Shown piece after piece: positions 41,206 through 52,483 of a stretch of 64,000 nucleotides of DNA; position 1 is the first letter of the stretch, and each line of letters starts with the position of its first letter. The stretch is from an uncultured Chloroflexia bacterium. Its GTDB lineage: Bacteria; Chloroflexota; UBA6077; JACCZL01. The stretch covers positions 419,927 through 483,926 of the forward strand of contig CAVXYC010000023.1 of the NCBI GenBank assembly GCA_963765765.1, written 5' to 3'. Below the pieces are notes generated by a model, which worked only from the letters and a program-made list of their open reading frames with translations, was not told where the DNA came from and did not search any database. A program made the translations under genes and the position numbers.

Positions 41206-42231
41206 ATGCCCAACCTCGCGGAGAAGGAGTCAACGATGATTATCGACGCGCACCAACACCTGGTTGGCGGGCCACAGATGGGCCAGTACCAGGTATCGCT
41301 GCTCAACGGTCGCGGCTTTCATGGGAAGGGCCATCCGGGGTTCACGGCGGAGATGGTTGCCGGGTGGAAGCAGCAGGGCAAAACCCATATCCAGCTGCTG
41401 GACGAGGTCGGCACAGACGTGGCCTTCCTATCTCCCCGGCCGTTCACACTGATGCACTCGGAAAAGCCCGACAAGATCGTCCATTGGTTCGTCGAGGCTA
41501 ACAACGATGCTATCGCGCTCGCATGCAAGAACGAGCCGAACCGCTTCCGCGGCGTTGCAGGACTTCCTCAATGTGATGGTTCACCGGTGACGGACACGTT
41601 CGAGGAGATTGATCGCTGCATTAACGATCTTGGCTTCGTGGGCATCATGATCAACCCTGATCCGAGCGAGGGTCAACACACCACCCCGACAATGGGTGAC
41701 AAGTACTGGTATCCGCTCTACGAGAAGATGGAGAAGGAAGACATCCCCGCGCTGATTCATCCAGCGAGCTGCAAAGACCTGCGGGAGTCATTCCACAATC
41801 ACTTCATCACCGAGGAGAGCATCCAGATACTGGCTCTGGCGGTATCCACGGTCTTCGATGATTTTCCGAATCTCAAGATCATCATCAGCCACGGAGGCGG
41901 ATCTATTCCTTACCAGGTGGGCCGCTGGCGAGCCCGGCTTCGCGGCAAGAACGGTGAGGAGACTTTCGACCAGCACATAAAGAAGCTGTACTACGACACG
42001 TGTCTCTACAACGTCGAGTCGCTCGAGCTGCTGTTCAAGGTCATCGGAACTGATCGCTGCCTGTTTGGCACCGAGCGTCCGGGCGCCGGCTCGGCGGACA
42101 ACCCTCGCACCGGCGAGTGGTATGACAACACGAAGCCGCTCATCGATGGCATCGACTTCCTGTCACCCGAGGATCGCAACGCCATCTACGAGGGCAATGC
42201 GAGGGCCCTGTATGGAAAGCGGTATCACTAA
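41206..42231 (+). CDS. Amidohydrolase_2-family enzyme, LigJ (4-oxalomesaconate hydratase)-like
   Basis: MIIDAHQH, INPDPSEG, WYPLYEKM, SHGGGSIPY, YYDTC, LFGTERPG. Confidence 0.82.
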   Translation: MPNLAEKESTMIIDAHQHLVGGPQMGQYQVSLLNGRGFHGKGHPGFTAEMVAGWKQQGKTHIQLLDEVGTDVAFLSPRPFTLMHSEKPDKIVHWFVEANNDAIALACKNEPNRFRGVAGLPQCDGSPVTDTFEEIDRCINDLGFVGIMINPDPSEGQHTTPTMGDKYWYPLYEKMEKEDIPALIHPASCKDLRESFHNHFITEESIQILALAVSTVFDDFPNLKIIISHGGGSIPYQVGRWRARLRGKNGEETFDQHIKKLYYDTCLYNVESLELLFKVIGTDRCLFGTERPGAGSADNPRTGEWYDNTKPLIDGIDFLSPEDRNAIYEGNARALYGKRYH

Positions 42232-42298
42232 CGGGCACAATTCACCGATGCGTTCAACTCGCTCACGCTGAGAGCGCATCGCAAATAACTGGCGCACA

Positions 42299-42329
42299 AG
42301 AAGTCCGGGGGCGTTCACCCGGACTTCTT
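42299..42329. terminator. Bidirectional terminator-like hairpin
   Basis: AGAAGTCCGGG...CCCGGACTTCTT between convergent genes. Confidence 0.6.
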
Positions 42330-42401
42330 GTGTTATTCACAGACGTCGCAGTCAGAGCGCCATCAATCCGAAATGAGATGCCACGGTGGACGGCCGTCCA
42401 T

Positions 42402-42914
42402 CTATGGATTTGACCGAATCTGCATCACCATGTCGCCTTCCAGGGCGGGCCCGACAAATGGAGCCGCCGCGGTACGATCGAACGACGAGGTATCGTCGTT
42501 GATGAAGCCGACCGCCTTGTACGCGCGCTGGGCGCGCTCATTGGTGCGATGTACGTCGAGCCAGACTAAATCTGACCGGAGCTCCGCAAAGGCATGGCTG
42601 ACGAGAAGCCGGAGTGCTCGTCGGCCGATACCCTCGGCTGGAGTGGCGACGGCAATCCGCTTGAGGTAGATTCCGAGACCCTCGCGGCGAAGATCGTAGG
42701 TGATGAGGTAGCCCACCGGGGTCTTGTCGGACGAGCGCTCGATGATCAAGTGCTCCTGATCAAAGCGCCGGCACGCGTCAAAGTGCTTCTCTACCGACCA
42801 TTGCCCGATGAGGCCTCGATATTCCGTTGCCTGCTCCACGGAGCAGACGAAATCAAGATCAACTGCTCCCGTAGGCCGCAGTTGTACACCATCGTCAATC
42901 AGGGTCACTGGCAT
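42402..42914 (-). CDS. GNAT-family acetyltransferase
   Basis: EGIGRRAL, VWLDVHRTNERAQRAYKAVGF. Confidence 0.8.
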   Translation of the reverse strand: MPVTLIDDGVQLRPTGAVDLDFVCSVEQATEYRGLIGQWSVEKHFDACRRFDQEHLIIERSSDKTPVGYLITYDLRREGLGIYLKRIAVATPAEGIGRRALRLLVSHAFAELRSDLVWLDVHRTNERAQRAYKAVGFINDDTSSFDRTAAAPFVGPALEGDMVMQIRSNP

Positions 42915-43163
42915 GCACACCAGCCGATGCGAGCGTCCTGGTGTCGAAGTCCGTTGTTCTTGTAGACATCAGCGATGCGCGTTTTTCTCACAGTGTCTTT
43001 CTCCCGCCCTAATTTTGGATGACCGGCACCGTCGAGCGTAAGTCCGGCATGGTGATCGGCTCATATGCGCGGAGTTTGACGATCCAGCGGCCCACGGGTT
43101 CCCACAGCGACGAGACTCATGGGAGCCGTAGGGTACTTAAAGTGATCTCGGCGGGGAAGAAAA

Positions 43164-43197
43164 GAAGAAGCCCGCGGCATTCGCCGCGGGCTTCTTG
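43164..43197 (-). terminator. Intrinsic terminator downstream of the cupin gene
   Basis: AAGAAGCCCGCGGC-ATTC-GCCGCGGGCTTCTT with flanking A-tract. Confidence 0.75.
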
Positions 43198-43216
43198 TGC
43201 CAGCTACAGGCTCGGT

Positions 43217-44362
43217 CTACGACTCGCCTGAGTACTCCCATTCGTAGTTGGGGTCCTTATACGCCTGCTCAGGCATGATGCTTGTGAGCCCGCGAGCCTT
43301 GAGCTCAGACTCAAACTTCTCGCGGATCCAGGGCTCCTCGAAGGGATACTCGATCTGGTTCTGAGCGCGATTATCGACACGCTCGCCGCTGCCCATCATC
43401 TGGGGCAGCGGGTGCCAGGCCAGGTAGCGCGCAGGAGTTTCGCCCACATTGAAGTGCTGGTGGAACCAGCGGTTCGGCGGAACGAAAACGCTGCCCTCAT
43501 GCCACGGAATAACCACCTTCTCCTCGCCCTCGGGCCACATGATGGAGTAGCCCTCACCCGCGGGGATGATGATGACGAAGCCGGGGCCATGCCGATGACC
43601 CTTCTTGTAGGTTCGTGCATCGAAGACAGACATGTGGCAGGTCATCTGTGACTCGGGGAACTCGATATGCACGACGCGTCCGCCGGCGCCGCGACCCCAG
43701 AAGGGCACGAGCTGATCCCAGGCGCGCATGTCTGGGAAAAAGCTGCCGTACCACTTGGCACGCTTCCGACCCCACAGGGTGTCGTGCTCGATCTTCGCCT
43801 CGGAGTAGTACTCGCCCGATGGCGTTGGGAGCTTCTTGACGTCCCCATACGGGTTGTTGAAGAAGAAGTCCGGATCGGGGATGACAGACATTGCGACCGG
43901 CAGGTAGCTGTAATGAACTAATCGTGCCGGTCGATCGCCGCGCATGTTAGTGATCTGATGCCAGCGGTTATGCGGCAGCATGAAAAGACTGTGCTTCTGC
44001 CACTCGAAGGTCTTCTTCTGGCCGTCCTCGCCCCAGACAGTGCAAACGCCCTGACCGTCAGCTACGTAGACGGACTCATCGAAGCCGAATCGCGCCGCGG
44101 GCAGAGTGGCACCCGGGGGCACCTCTGTCACGCGCGCCTCAGCCGCGCCCTGCTGCCCGGCTAGCTGAAGGAAAGCAGTCTTGCACTGGCGCTCTTCCCA
44201 CCATTCCACTTCAACGGTGCGGACGTCTTCGATGTAATACCCACGGTGGATTGGGAGCCCGAGGCTGCCGATCCAGTCGTTGTACGGTTTGGCACCGCGG
44301 AACGGCCCTTCATTCGACTCGCCCTGGCTGGCGGGTGTCGCGGTTTCTTGCGCCATTGGCAA
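43217..44362 (-). CDS. Bicupin protein
   Basis: Two cupin repeats; YKKGHRHGPG, GEGYS, FVPPNRWFHQHFN. Confidence 0.8.
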   Translation of the reverse strand: MPMAQETATPASQGESNEGPFRGAKPYNDWIGSLGLPIHRGYYIEDVRTVEVEWWEERQCKTAFLQLAGQQGAAEARVTEVPPGATLPAARFGFDESVYVADGQGVCTVWGEDGQKKTFEWQKHSLFMLPHNRWHQITNMRGDRPARLVHYSYLPVAMSVIPDPDFFFNNPYGDVKKLPTPSGEYYSEAKIEHDTLWGRKRAKWYGSFFPDMRAWDQLVPFWGRGAGGRVVHIEFPESQMTCHMSVFDARTYKKGHRHGPGFVIIIPAGEGYSIMWPEGEEKVVIPWHEGSVFVPPNRWFHQHFNVGETPARYLAWHPLPQMMGSGERVDNRAQNQIEYPFEEPWIREKFESELKARGLTSIMPEQAYKDPNYEWEYSGES

Positions 44363-44513
44363 TGGTCCTCTCTGATCAGCGCGCGCTGACGCGCTCTAGT
44401 GCAGTTTGACATTCAAACATCTTGTGGCGGCGGTGTCAATCTTTGACGAAGCCGCGGAGCCGCAGGCGCAACAGAACCGCACCCTGACGGGATGCGGCTC
44501 TGCCGTCCTGACG

Positions 44514-45485
44514 CTATTTCAGTGCTGGCAATACATCATCGACAAAGGACTGGAGCTGCGCAGGTTGCTGGTAGCTCATGAAGCGGATCGCGAACGTCGT
44601 CACGCCGGCATGGATGAGCGTCTGAATCCGCTGGATGCATGCACTTGCGGAACCCACCGCGCCGGTCCGATCCAACGTCTCGCGGGAGAAGCGGGCGTTG
44701 TAATAGGCCTCCATGTAGCGCTGTGACTCTTCAAAGGCGGTCTCGGAATCGTCATTGATGTTCATGTTCAGGTAGAGGCAGGCCTCGAAGTCACTCGGCA
44801 AGGACCGACCCTCGTCCTCCGCGTAATCGCGAATGATCTCCAGTGAGCGAGTCACTTCATCGGCGGTCTTGCCAATGGTCATCCAGCCGTCAGCCATGGT
44901 GGCGACGCGTTTGTAAGCAGACTCCACGTTACGGGGATGGCTCAGATTAGGACTCGAGGCGATCCAGATGGGCAGCGGCTGCTGGACAGGCCGCGGCTCG
45001 AGTGTGAGGTCGTCAAATCGGCAGAATTCTCCGCTGAACGTGACATGCTCTGAGCCGGAGAGCTGGCGCAGGATCTCGATCGTCTCCACCATGCGGCGAG
45101 TTCGTGTGGCCGGATCGAAGCTCCAGGCTCGAAATTCGCCGGGCCAATTGCCCGGCTTGGCCTGCCCCTGGCAAGCGACGAACACCGTTCGGCCTCCTGC
45201 AATGTTGTCCAGCGCGGACCATTGATACGCCAGCAGAAGCGGATCGCGCAGTGGCGTGGTGGCCATGCATGCCGGTCCGATCCTTACTCGGGACGTGCGG
45301 GCGGCAACTGCGCTCATCAACGCGAGTGATTCCACTCGCGGCTTGGCGCCCAGCGAATCACCTACCCAGACATCCGATAGCCCGCTTGCCTCCGCGGATT
45401 CCGCGAGGGCGAGGAGGTCTTCCGCCGAGTCATCGGCGATCACGACATTCCGATTCGATAAGACGAGTCCAAACCGCGCGCTCAT
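44514..45485 (-). CDS. LLM-class oxidoreductase
   Basis: DVWVGDSL, AVAARTSRVRIG, EPRPVQQPLPIWIA, ADGWM. Confidence 0.88.
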   Translation of the reverse strand: MSARFGLVLSNRNVVIADDSAEDLLALAESAEASGLSDVWVGDSLGAKPRVESLALMSAVAARTSRVRIGPACMATTPLRDPLLLAYQWSALDNIAGGRTVFVACQGQAKPGNWPGEFRAWSFDPATRTRRMVETIEILRQLSGSEHVTFSGEFCRFDDLTLEPRPVQQPLPIWIASSPNLSHPRNVESAYKRVATMADGWMTIGKTADEVTRSLEIIRDYAEDEGRSLPSDFEACLYLNMNINDDSETAFEESQRYMEAYYNARFSRETLDRTGAVGSASACIQRIQTLIHAGVTTFAIRFMSYQQPAQLQSFVDDVLPALK

Positions 45486-46004
45486 GCTCTTTCCATCCAG
45501 GTGCCGAAACGATAGTGCATGGTACAGGAGTGACCCTGAACGATTACTCGCCCAGCGGGCTATTGAACGAGCAGCGGTAGCCCGCTCGAGTGCAGAGATA
45601 CGGGCTACGAGTCCCTCATCTGGTGGGGCGTCAGGCTTGCGTGAAGCTCGCTCAAGCTCGGGCGCCAGCCGGTATTTGGGAGCCAATTCATCGATTTCCA
45701 GCCTGAGGTCAGTCGACCACAGGCCAGCGGCAGGAGCACGTCAACCGCGGTCGTAGTGTCTAGACGAATGAGCGTGGATGTGGCTCGTTGTGGGCCGTGA
45801 CAACGACGTCACAATGCCCGAAACAGTGCCGCATCGCGTCAGGTTACGGGTCAATTACGGACGATTCTCAACCGAACTCGCCACCGGCTGGTTGATGGAT
45901 TTGGTCCGGATTGATCGCGCGAGGACCCGACACACCCGCGCGATACGCCGCTGCTTGGTACCGGTTCATCTAGAATCGACTCCACATACACGGGAGGCAA
46001 ACGT

Positions 46005-46805
46005 ATGGATCTGGATCTAAAAGGCAAGACCGCACTGATCACTGGCGGGAGTCGTGGTATCGGCAAAGCTGTGGCGAGGCAGCTCGCGCAAGAAGGCGCA
46101 GACGTGGCGATCGCGGCCCGAACACAGGACGTTCTGGATGCCACGGCAAAGGAGATTGCCGAGGAGTCGGGCCAGAAGGTGGTGCCGATCCTCGTAGATA
46201 CCGGCGATGATGCGTCGGTGAAAGCCATGGTGGACAAGGCGATAGCCGAGCTCGGTCACATCGACATTCTCGTCAACTCGGCGGCCCAACCGGGCGGCCA
46301 GGGGCCTGTTCCAAAGCTCGCCAATATCACCAATGAGCTCTTCTGGGCGGACATGAACGTCAAAGTGCTCGGTTATTTGCGCTGCTGTCGCGAGGTGGCT
46401 CCGCACATGATCCAGCAAGGCTGGGGTCGCATCATCAACATTAGTGGTCTGGCAGCGCGCAACTCAGGGAACGCTATCGGCAGCATGCGCAATATCTCCG
46501 TTGCGTCGCTCACCAAGAACGTCGCCGACGAGCTTGGTCCGCACGGCATCAATGTGACCTGCGTTCACCCGGCGACCACCTGGACAGAGAAGACGCCCGG
46601 CGTCATAGCGGCGCAGGCGAAGGCTCAGGGAGTGTCCGAGTCTGAAATCGAGAAGCGGATGAACGAGGGTAATTCCATTCGCAAGATGATCCATATGGAT
46701 GAAGTTGCCCACGTGATCACCTTCCTGGCCTCGCCCAAGTCCGTGGCGATCAACGGCGATGCCATTGCCGCTGGCGGTGGCGCGCCGCGGTCTATCTACT
46801 ACTAG
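46005..46805 (+). CDS. SDR-family oxidoreductase
   Basis: TGGSRGIG, DILVNSA, WGRIINISG; RBS GGAGG. Confidence 0.92.
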   Translation: MDLDLKGKTALITGGSRGIGKAVARQLAQEGADVAIAARTQDVLDATAKEIAEESGQKVVPILVDTGDDASVKAMVDKAIAELGHIDILVNSAAQPGGQGPVPKLANITNELFWADMNVKVLGYLRCCREVAPHMIQQGWGRIINISGLAARNSGNAIGSMRNISVASLTKNVADELGPHGINVTCVHPATTWTEKTPGVIAAQAKAQGVSESEIEKRMNEGNSIRKMIHMDEVAHVITFLASPKSVAINGDAIAAGGGAPRSIYY

Positions 46806-46887
46806 AGCTTCCATAAGAGACACTTGGGACCCACGGCACTTGCGAATCTGTCCCTGGGTCCCATCAGTCTCATAAGTCGCCAGCCGC

Positions 46888-48139
46888 ATGATTGACCAGG
46901 ATCGCGTTGCCCACCAGGGCCGCTGGCGAGCGCTTGCGCTTATCGGCATTGCTCAGGTGGGTGCCATGAGCACGTGGTTCAGCGCCGCGGCCGTGGCCCC
47001 ATCTCTTGCCGCGGAGTGGCGGCTCGGCGTCTCCGAGGTTGCCGGCCTGACGGCAGCGGTCCAGCTTGGGTTCGTGGTGGGGGCGCTGGTTCTGGCTGTG
47101 ACCGGGCTGGCCGATGTTTGGAGCAGCCGCCGTGTCTTCACCTGTGCCGCGCTTCTCGCGGCGCTCCTCAACGCCGCCCTAATACTGATACCCGGCTCCT
47201 ACTGGCAGGCGTTGTTGCTGCGTGCGCTGCTCGGCTTCAGTCTTGCCGGGGTCTACCCCGTCGGCATGAAGCTCATGACGGGCTGGTTTCGCGAGCATCG
47301 CGGCCTGGCCATTGGTACGGTCGTTGGCGCGCTTACTCTTGGCGCGGCTCTGCCCCATGCCGTGGCGGCGTTAGAGCTGAGTCAAGTCGCTGGCCTGGCG
47401 CTCGGTGATTCTGTTCACCAGTGCAGCTTCGCTGATCTCGGCGGCGCTCGTCGGAGGCTTTGTATCCAGCGGGCCGTTTGAAGCCCGCGGATCTACTATC
47501 GACCTACGTTGGGCGATACGCTCGCTGGCCGATCCGCCCTTGAGGTTGGCGAACTTCGGGTATTTCGGTCACATGTGGGAGCTCTACGCTATGTGGACGT
47601 GGCTGCCGGCGTTCCTGGCGGCGAGCTTTGCCGAATGGACCCGCGCTAGTGGTACGCCAATCACCACGACGCAATCGAGCGTCGCGGCAGCGATCGCCAT
47701 TGGCGCAGGAGCGCTTGGTTGCATAGGGGCTGGCGTGGTGGCGGACCGCATTGGCCGTACGTTGACCACGTCAGTGGCCATGGTGGTAAGTGGTACCAGC
47801 GCACTAATCGCCGGTTTGATCTTTGGCCAGGCTCCGTGGCTGGTGGTCCTCGTCGCCACGATCTGGGGAATCAGCGTGATCGCCGACTCAGCGCAGTTCT
47901 CGGCGTCTGTAAGCGAGCTCGCTCCGCCGGAGCGTGTGGGCAGTGCCCTGGCAATCCAGACGTCGGTTGGGTTCCTTCTGACGGTTGTGAGCATCCAGCT
48001 CCTACCATTGACGCAGAGCATGATCGGCTGGTCAGGCGCGTTCGCGATACTCGCTCTGGGCCCCGCGTTTGGAGTCGCCGCGATGCTGCGATTGCGGTCG
48101 CGGCCCGAGGCCGCCCGCATGGCCGGCGGGCGGCGTTGA
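46888..48139 (+). CDS. MFS transporter, frameshift near 47390
   Basis: Hydrophobic helices, AGVYPVGMKL, GYFGHMWELYAMWTW, ADSAQFSA. Confidence 0.88.
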
Positions 48140-48706
48140 AGCTCACATGTCCGTAGACGTCGCTCGATTCGATCCTCCGCAAGCCTCTGCCCTCCAGAAG
48201 ACGGCGGAGGCTGCACATCCCACCATGATGGCGAGCATCCGGACCTGGCACCCGAACCAGTAACGCAGGGCGCTGGAGTGGGAGGCAGCCGAACCGACCT
48301 ACCGAGACCTGTGGCAGAAGGGTCCGGGTCGAACCGGTGGCGATTGGGAGGATGCCGAGCCGGGCTATCGCTACGGGGTCGAGCGTGCCATGGATGAAGA
48401 CTTACAAGGGCATAGCTGGAAGCAGGTCGAAGGTGACCTGAGCAGCGGCTTTACTGACTGGGCCAAGCGGCACGGATACGACGTGCGTTGGATGACCTGG
48501 AGCACATGCGGGAACATGTGCAGGATGTGTGGGATGAACTGGCCGGCCCGCTCCGGATCACGCGGCTGCGTCGACGGGCGTCATAGCGCGGCTGACGCGC
48601 CACTGTACTCTACTTGCGCACTCTGTTCGAGCCGCGCAGCATCAATAGCTCCGACGCGCAACTTCAGCGTCCTTCTCGCTTATTGGGCAATAGTCATCCC
48701 GATGCA

Positions 48707-49137
48707 TATTGCCCGGTGATAAACCGGAACTCATCGCAGCACTTCCATTTCCGGATAACCGTTTCGCTGTAATCACCCCGGGCCGACCCTTGTTCTCAGC
48801 AGACGACCGAGCTTGAGATCGGACGAGCGCGTCATTGTCAAGTCCGCAGGGGGACCCAAAGTGGTTCCAATAACCCTGTTCAACCTGACTTATCTGGACC
48901 AGGTGACATTAGGAAACACGTTCTATTGCCCGGTGATAAACCGGTACCCATCGCAGCACTTCCATTCCGGGTAAGCGTTTCGCTGTAATGACGCCGGGCC
49001 AACCCTCTTTCTCAGCAGACGGCCGGGCTTTGATCGGACGAGTGCGTCATTGTCAATTCTGCAGGGGACCCAAAGTGGTTCGATGACCGTGTTCAAACTG
49101 ACTTATCTGGAACCAGGTGACAATAGGAAACACGTTC
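48707..49137. repeat. Diverged non-coding tandem duplication (217 bp + 214 bp)
   Basis: Both units run TATTGCCCGGTGATAAACCGG ... GGAAACACGTTC (48707-48923, 48924-49137). Confidence 0.9.
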
Positions 49138-49247
49138 GAGTGACTGCGGGAGGTTCTGATATCGAGGGATCAGCGGAACCAGCCGGGCTGTGATCAGGAG
49201 CAGGGATCGCTTGTTGCGACAAGCCGTGGCCCGTCCGGGCGACTCGG

Positions 49248-50533
49248 CTAGGATCGAGGCACGGGCGTGGTGTCGAACGGCGGGCTCATGAATCCCGCCC
49301 CGTCAGCGCCCTCGCACGCAATCCCGTTGCGATTGCCGTCGATCGTCAGCGGATCGGTCGGATTCGCCCGCAGGTACGCTTGCGCCTGCGCCTGGCTGGC
49401 GAACGTCGAGCACATCGTCCCAGCGACCGCCGGGCTCGGACCGCCAGGCAGCGGCGTCGACGTAGCGAACGAGATCCGCGTCAGCGTGGGCGCCACATTG
49501 TCGTTGTCGCCGTCATCATTAGAGTCGTTGGAGTTGTTGTCGTTGTCGGCGTAGATGCCGTACGGCTTGGGCGTGGGCGTGGTCAGCGCCCGGCGCACCT
49601 CCACCTGCTGCTCAGCGCAGCGGATCGTCGAATCGACGGAGAAGACGTACTGGTGCAGTCCCTGGCCAGGTAGGGCGGACCGTCCACTCATATACGAATC
49701 CGAGCTGGCCGGTGCGATTGCGCAGGAACGTGGGCGACTCTGTCCCCGTCAGGCGCGGGTAGGCGTACGGCCGGGCCGAGGTGACGGCGACGAGCAGCTC
49801 GTCGCCGACCCGCGATTCGGCCGGCGAGAAGCTGATCTGCTCGTCGCCGTGGCACGTGTCCGGCGTCCCGGGCGACCCCGCGAGCCCCGGACTCGGGCTC
49901 GGTCCGAAGGTGGTCGACGCATTCGTGCCGCCGGCGAGGCCGGGCACGAAGGTCGGCGACGGGGACGCATTGGAGCCGATGCCGCCGTAGGGTGTTGGCA
50001 GCAGCCCGGACCCCGCGGTCGTTGGCGATGGGGTGGGCGGGCTGAACGTCCCGACGCTGCATGGAGCATCGCAGAATGTCAGCGCCAGGACCTGACCGAT
50101 GAGCACGTCCCGACGGCCCCCGCCGTCATCGAACGCCAGCGTGGCGCCGTCGAAGCTGGCGATCCGCCCGGCGAGCAGCTCCCCCGAGACGAGTAGCGCC
50201 TGGTCGACGGCGGTGGGCTCCAAGAACGTGCGCGGCGGCTCCGTCGCGCCGAGCGCGATCCAGTCGACATCGGCGCGACCGAGCGTGCCGGCGCTGAGTC
50301 CGGACCAGCGAGTCGTCCACGGCCAGCAGCTGCCCGGTCAGGACGCCGCCGGCGCGGGTCTTCACGGTATCCGGCGCGCGCTGGGCCACCGGGCTGGCCG
50401 AGGACTGGGCCGTGATCAGCAAGGGTGCCACCAGGCACCCGAGCACCAGGAGCAGCGCGCGGACGCGTCTTGGTGCCAAACCGAGGGACAACGCGCCGGT
50501 GCGCTCTGCAAGATTGCTTCGCTTGTGTGTCAT
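49248..50533 (-). CDS. Secreted Pro/Thr-rich protein with C-terminal Excalibur-like Ca-binding domain, frameshifted
   Basis: Signal-like N-terminus, TPSP linkers, CSTFASQAQAQAYLRANPTDPLTIDGNRNGIACE. Confidence 0.7.
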
Positions 50534-50559
50534 GATTCACCGGCCCTGGGTTGCAGTGT

Positions 50560-50589
50560 AGCAGGGGCCGGCCGCCTGGCCGGCCCCTC
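50560..50589 (-). terminator. Hairpin after the large secreted-protein gene
   Basis: AGGGGCCGGCC...GGCCGGCCCCT. Confidence 0.5.
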
Positions 50590-50618
50590 GATGTGTCGTA
50601 GCGCTCCTCTCGCCGATA

Positions 50619-52298
50619 TTAGGGGATCGTTATGGTCGCCGTGTGGCTCCCCCTTGGTACCGGTGCGTGGATCCCGTCGGTGATGCCACAGATGCTCGCG
50701 GCGGTGGAGTTCGCCGGCGCCGATGCGATCGTGTCCGTGTCGTCAGTACCGCCGACGGCGTCGTAATCCACTCGGCTCTTGTAAATCGTGTTGTCCGTCT
50801 TACAGACGATCGTGATGACCTTGAAGGACTGGAGCGTGTTGGTGATGGTGCAGGTCTTGTCGTCTCCCGCCGCCAGCGTGACACTCCCCGCGGCGCTGCA
50901 ATCGCCCCCGATGACGGTGGTGTAGTCGGAGAGGCTCGTCCCCGTGCCGGCCGTCTCACCCACCGTGTGCGTCCCAGCGGTCACGGGCACCTTACCGGTG
51001 GTACCGGCGTCACCGACATTGGTCACCTTGTCCACACCGTCGATCTGCAGATTGAACTTCCCGGGGTCGCTGCTCGGCACCAGCACCTTATTCACCGTCA
51101 GCTTGGTCTGCTTCGTGTTGGTGAAGGTGCAGTCGACGGTGCCATTCACCCCCAGGGTGATGTTGACCTTCCGCGGGTTGGTTGCGTCCGTGGTTGCGCT
51201 TGTACCGGCCCCGTCGACGGTGCAGACGATGTCCTTCAGGTCGTATCCCAGGGTCGACGGATCGTTCTCGGTGACGCTGTACGACCCGGGAGTGACCTCC
51301 GTCCCGAAGTCTTTTACCCCACCATCCTTGAGGTTGAAGGTCGTGGTGCTACCGATATTGGTGGTGAAGCCGAACTCGGTCGTCGTGTCCCCATCCGGCA
51401 GCGTCTGCTTGGTAATCTTGATCCCGCCGCAGTTGCTGACGCTCACCGAGGCCGGCGCGACGAAGTCCTTGATCGCCGAGGTGAAGGCGTCGGACGAGCG
51501 GCTCTTGAGATACGCGCGCCCGAAGTTGACGCACTGGCCCGCCGGGAAGATGCCCGAGTCGGTCAGGTTGACCGACGCCTCGCCGAACGTCCGCGCCGAG
51601 AGCGTCCGCGGCGCGTCCGGTGGGATCGGGTCGGTGACCGAGGCCGTGTTGACGGCTCCCTCGAAGTTGGCCCCGCTGAGGGCGTGGACCGAGTCCCAGC
51701 ACGGCAGCTTGTTGCCGGCCTCGCAGCCGGGGTTGGCCCCAGTCTGGTTGGCCGTGGTCTTCCAGAGGTGATAGCCGAGCGTCGGGGTGGTCCCCCCCTG
51801 GGACAGGTCGTACTTGATCAGCAGGTCCCCGGCGGTGCGGACCGGCGTCACCCCGTTGCTGCTCAGGGTGCTCGACTGATTGAACTCGAAGTCCATATTG
51901 GTCGTGCCGGTGGGCTCCTGGACGCGCTCCCAGGCCAGGTACAGGAAGTCCTTGCCGCTGACCTTCTCGTTGGCCACGTAGAAGCGGGTCAGGTCGCTCT
52001 TGTTGTTCGGGATCCCCCCGGTCCCCACGCTCGGGACGGCGTCGTTCTCCGAGGTCCCCTCGCCGAACGAGTCGTCCTGCTGGCCGGTGGGTGTGTCGAT
52101 CCCCGTCTTGAGATTGGGCGCGGGCGTTGCCCAGTCCGTCTCCGAGCCGTCCACCACGAGGTTGCCGTCGGCGGCGTCGAAGGTGCTGCCGGTGAGGTTG
52201 GCGGTCACCAGCCCCGTGGAGCCGATCGTGACCGCGAGGACCGCGACGAGCGTGGCGAGTACGTGCCACCGTCGCATATGGGATAAGAAGTGTGTCAT
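50619..52298 (-). CDS. Secreted surface protein with prealbumin-like/SpaA-type beta-sandwich repeats
   Basis: Signal peptide; Thr/Gly-rich; IKITKQT...YSVTE...CTFTNT and LTVNKV...HTVGE...CTITNT repeats. Confidence 0.8.
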   Translation of the reverse strand: MTHFLSHMRRWHVLATLVAVLAVTIGSTGLVTANLTGSTFDAADGNLVVDGSETDWATPAPNLKTGIDTPTGQQDDSFGEGTSENDAVPSVGTGGIPNNKSDLTRFYVANEKVSGKDFLYLAWERVQEPTGTTNMDFEFNQSSTLSSNGVTPVRTAGDLLIKYDLSQGGTTPTLGYHLWKTTANQTGANPGCEAGNKLPCWDSVHALSGANFEGAVNTASVTDPIPPDAPRTLSARTFGEASVNLTDSGIFPAGQCVNFGRAYLKSRSSDAFTSAIKDFVAPASVSVSNCGGIKITKQTLPDGDTTTEFGFTTNIGSTTTFNLKDGGVKDFGTEVTPGSYSVTENDPSTLGYDLKDIVCTVDGAGTSATTDATNPRKVNITLGVNGTVDCTFTNTKQTKLTVNKVLVPSSDPGKFNLQIDGVDKVTNVGDAGTTGKVPVTAGTHTVGETAGTGTSLSDYTTVIGGDCSAAGSVTLAAGDDKTCTITNTLQSFKVITIVCKTDNTIYKSRVDYDAVGGTDDTDTIASAPANSTAASICGITDGIHAPVPRGSHTATITIP

Positions 52299-52483
52299 CG
52301 TTTCGTTCTCCGAGTGTTCCGTCGCGCCACGGGTGATTCCGTGGTGGACCCTGGGATCAGTGCCGCGTCCGGGGCAGTTGGTCGATGGGCGGCTCGGGCC
52401 GGCCATGATCCGGTGTCCGGAAGCGGGGATTGATTGCGTCGGTGAACGCTCCTTTCGCGTGGCAACCGACGGAGAACCCGGTG

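Noticed and set aside
45486-45960. Upstream extension of the LLM ORF to 45686, or a separate gene
   Set aside because: Family similarity starts at MSARFGLV (45485), and no product could be assigned to the upstream segment.
48270-48560. Possible gene fragment (EWEAAEPTYR / WEDAEPGYRYG)
   Set aside because: It looks protein-like but has no start and broken frames, and I cannot name a family.
50643-52286. Long antisense or overlapping ORFs (for example 50643-52286 +, 10008-11294 -, 15229-16404 -)
   Set aside because: These are shadow ORFs of GC-rich genes on the opposite strand, with no recognisable motifs.
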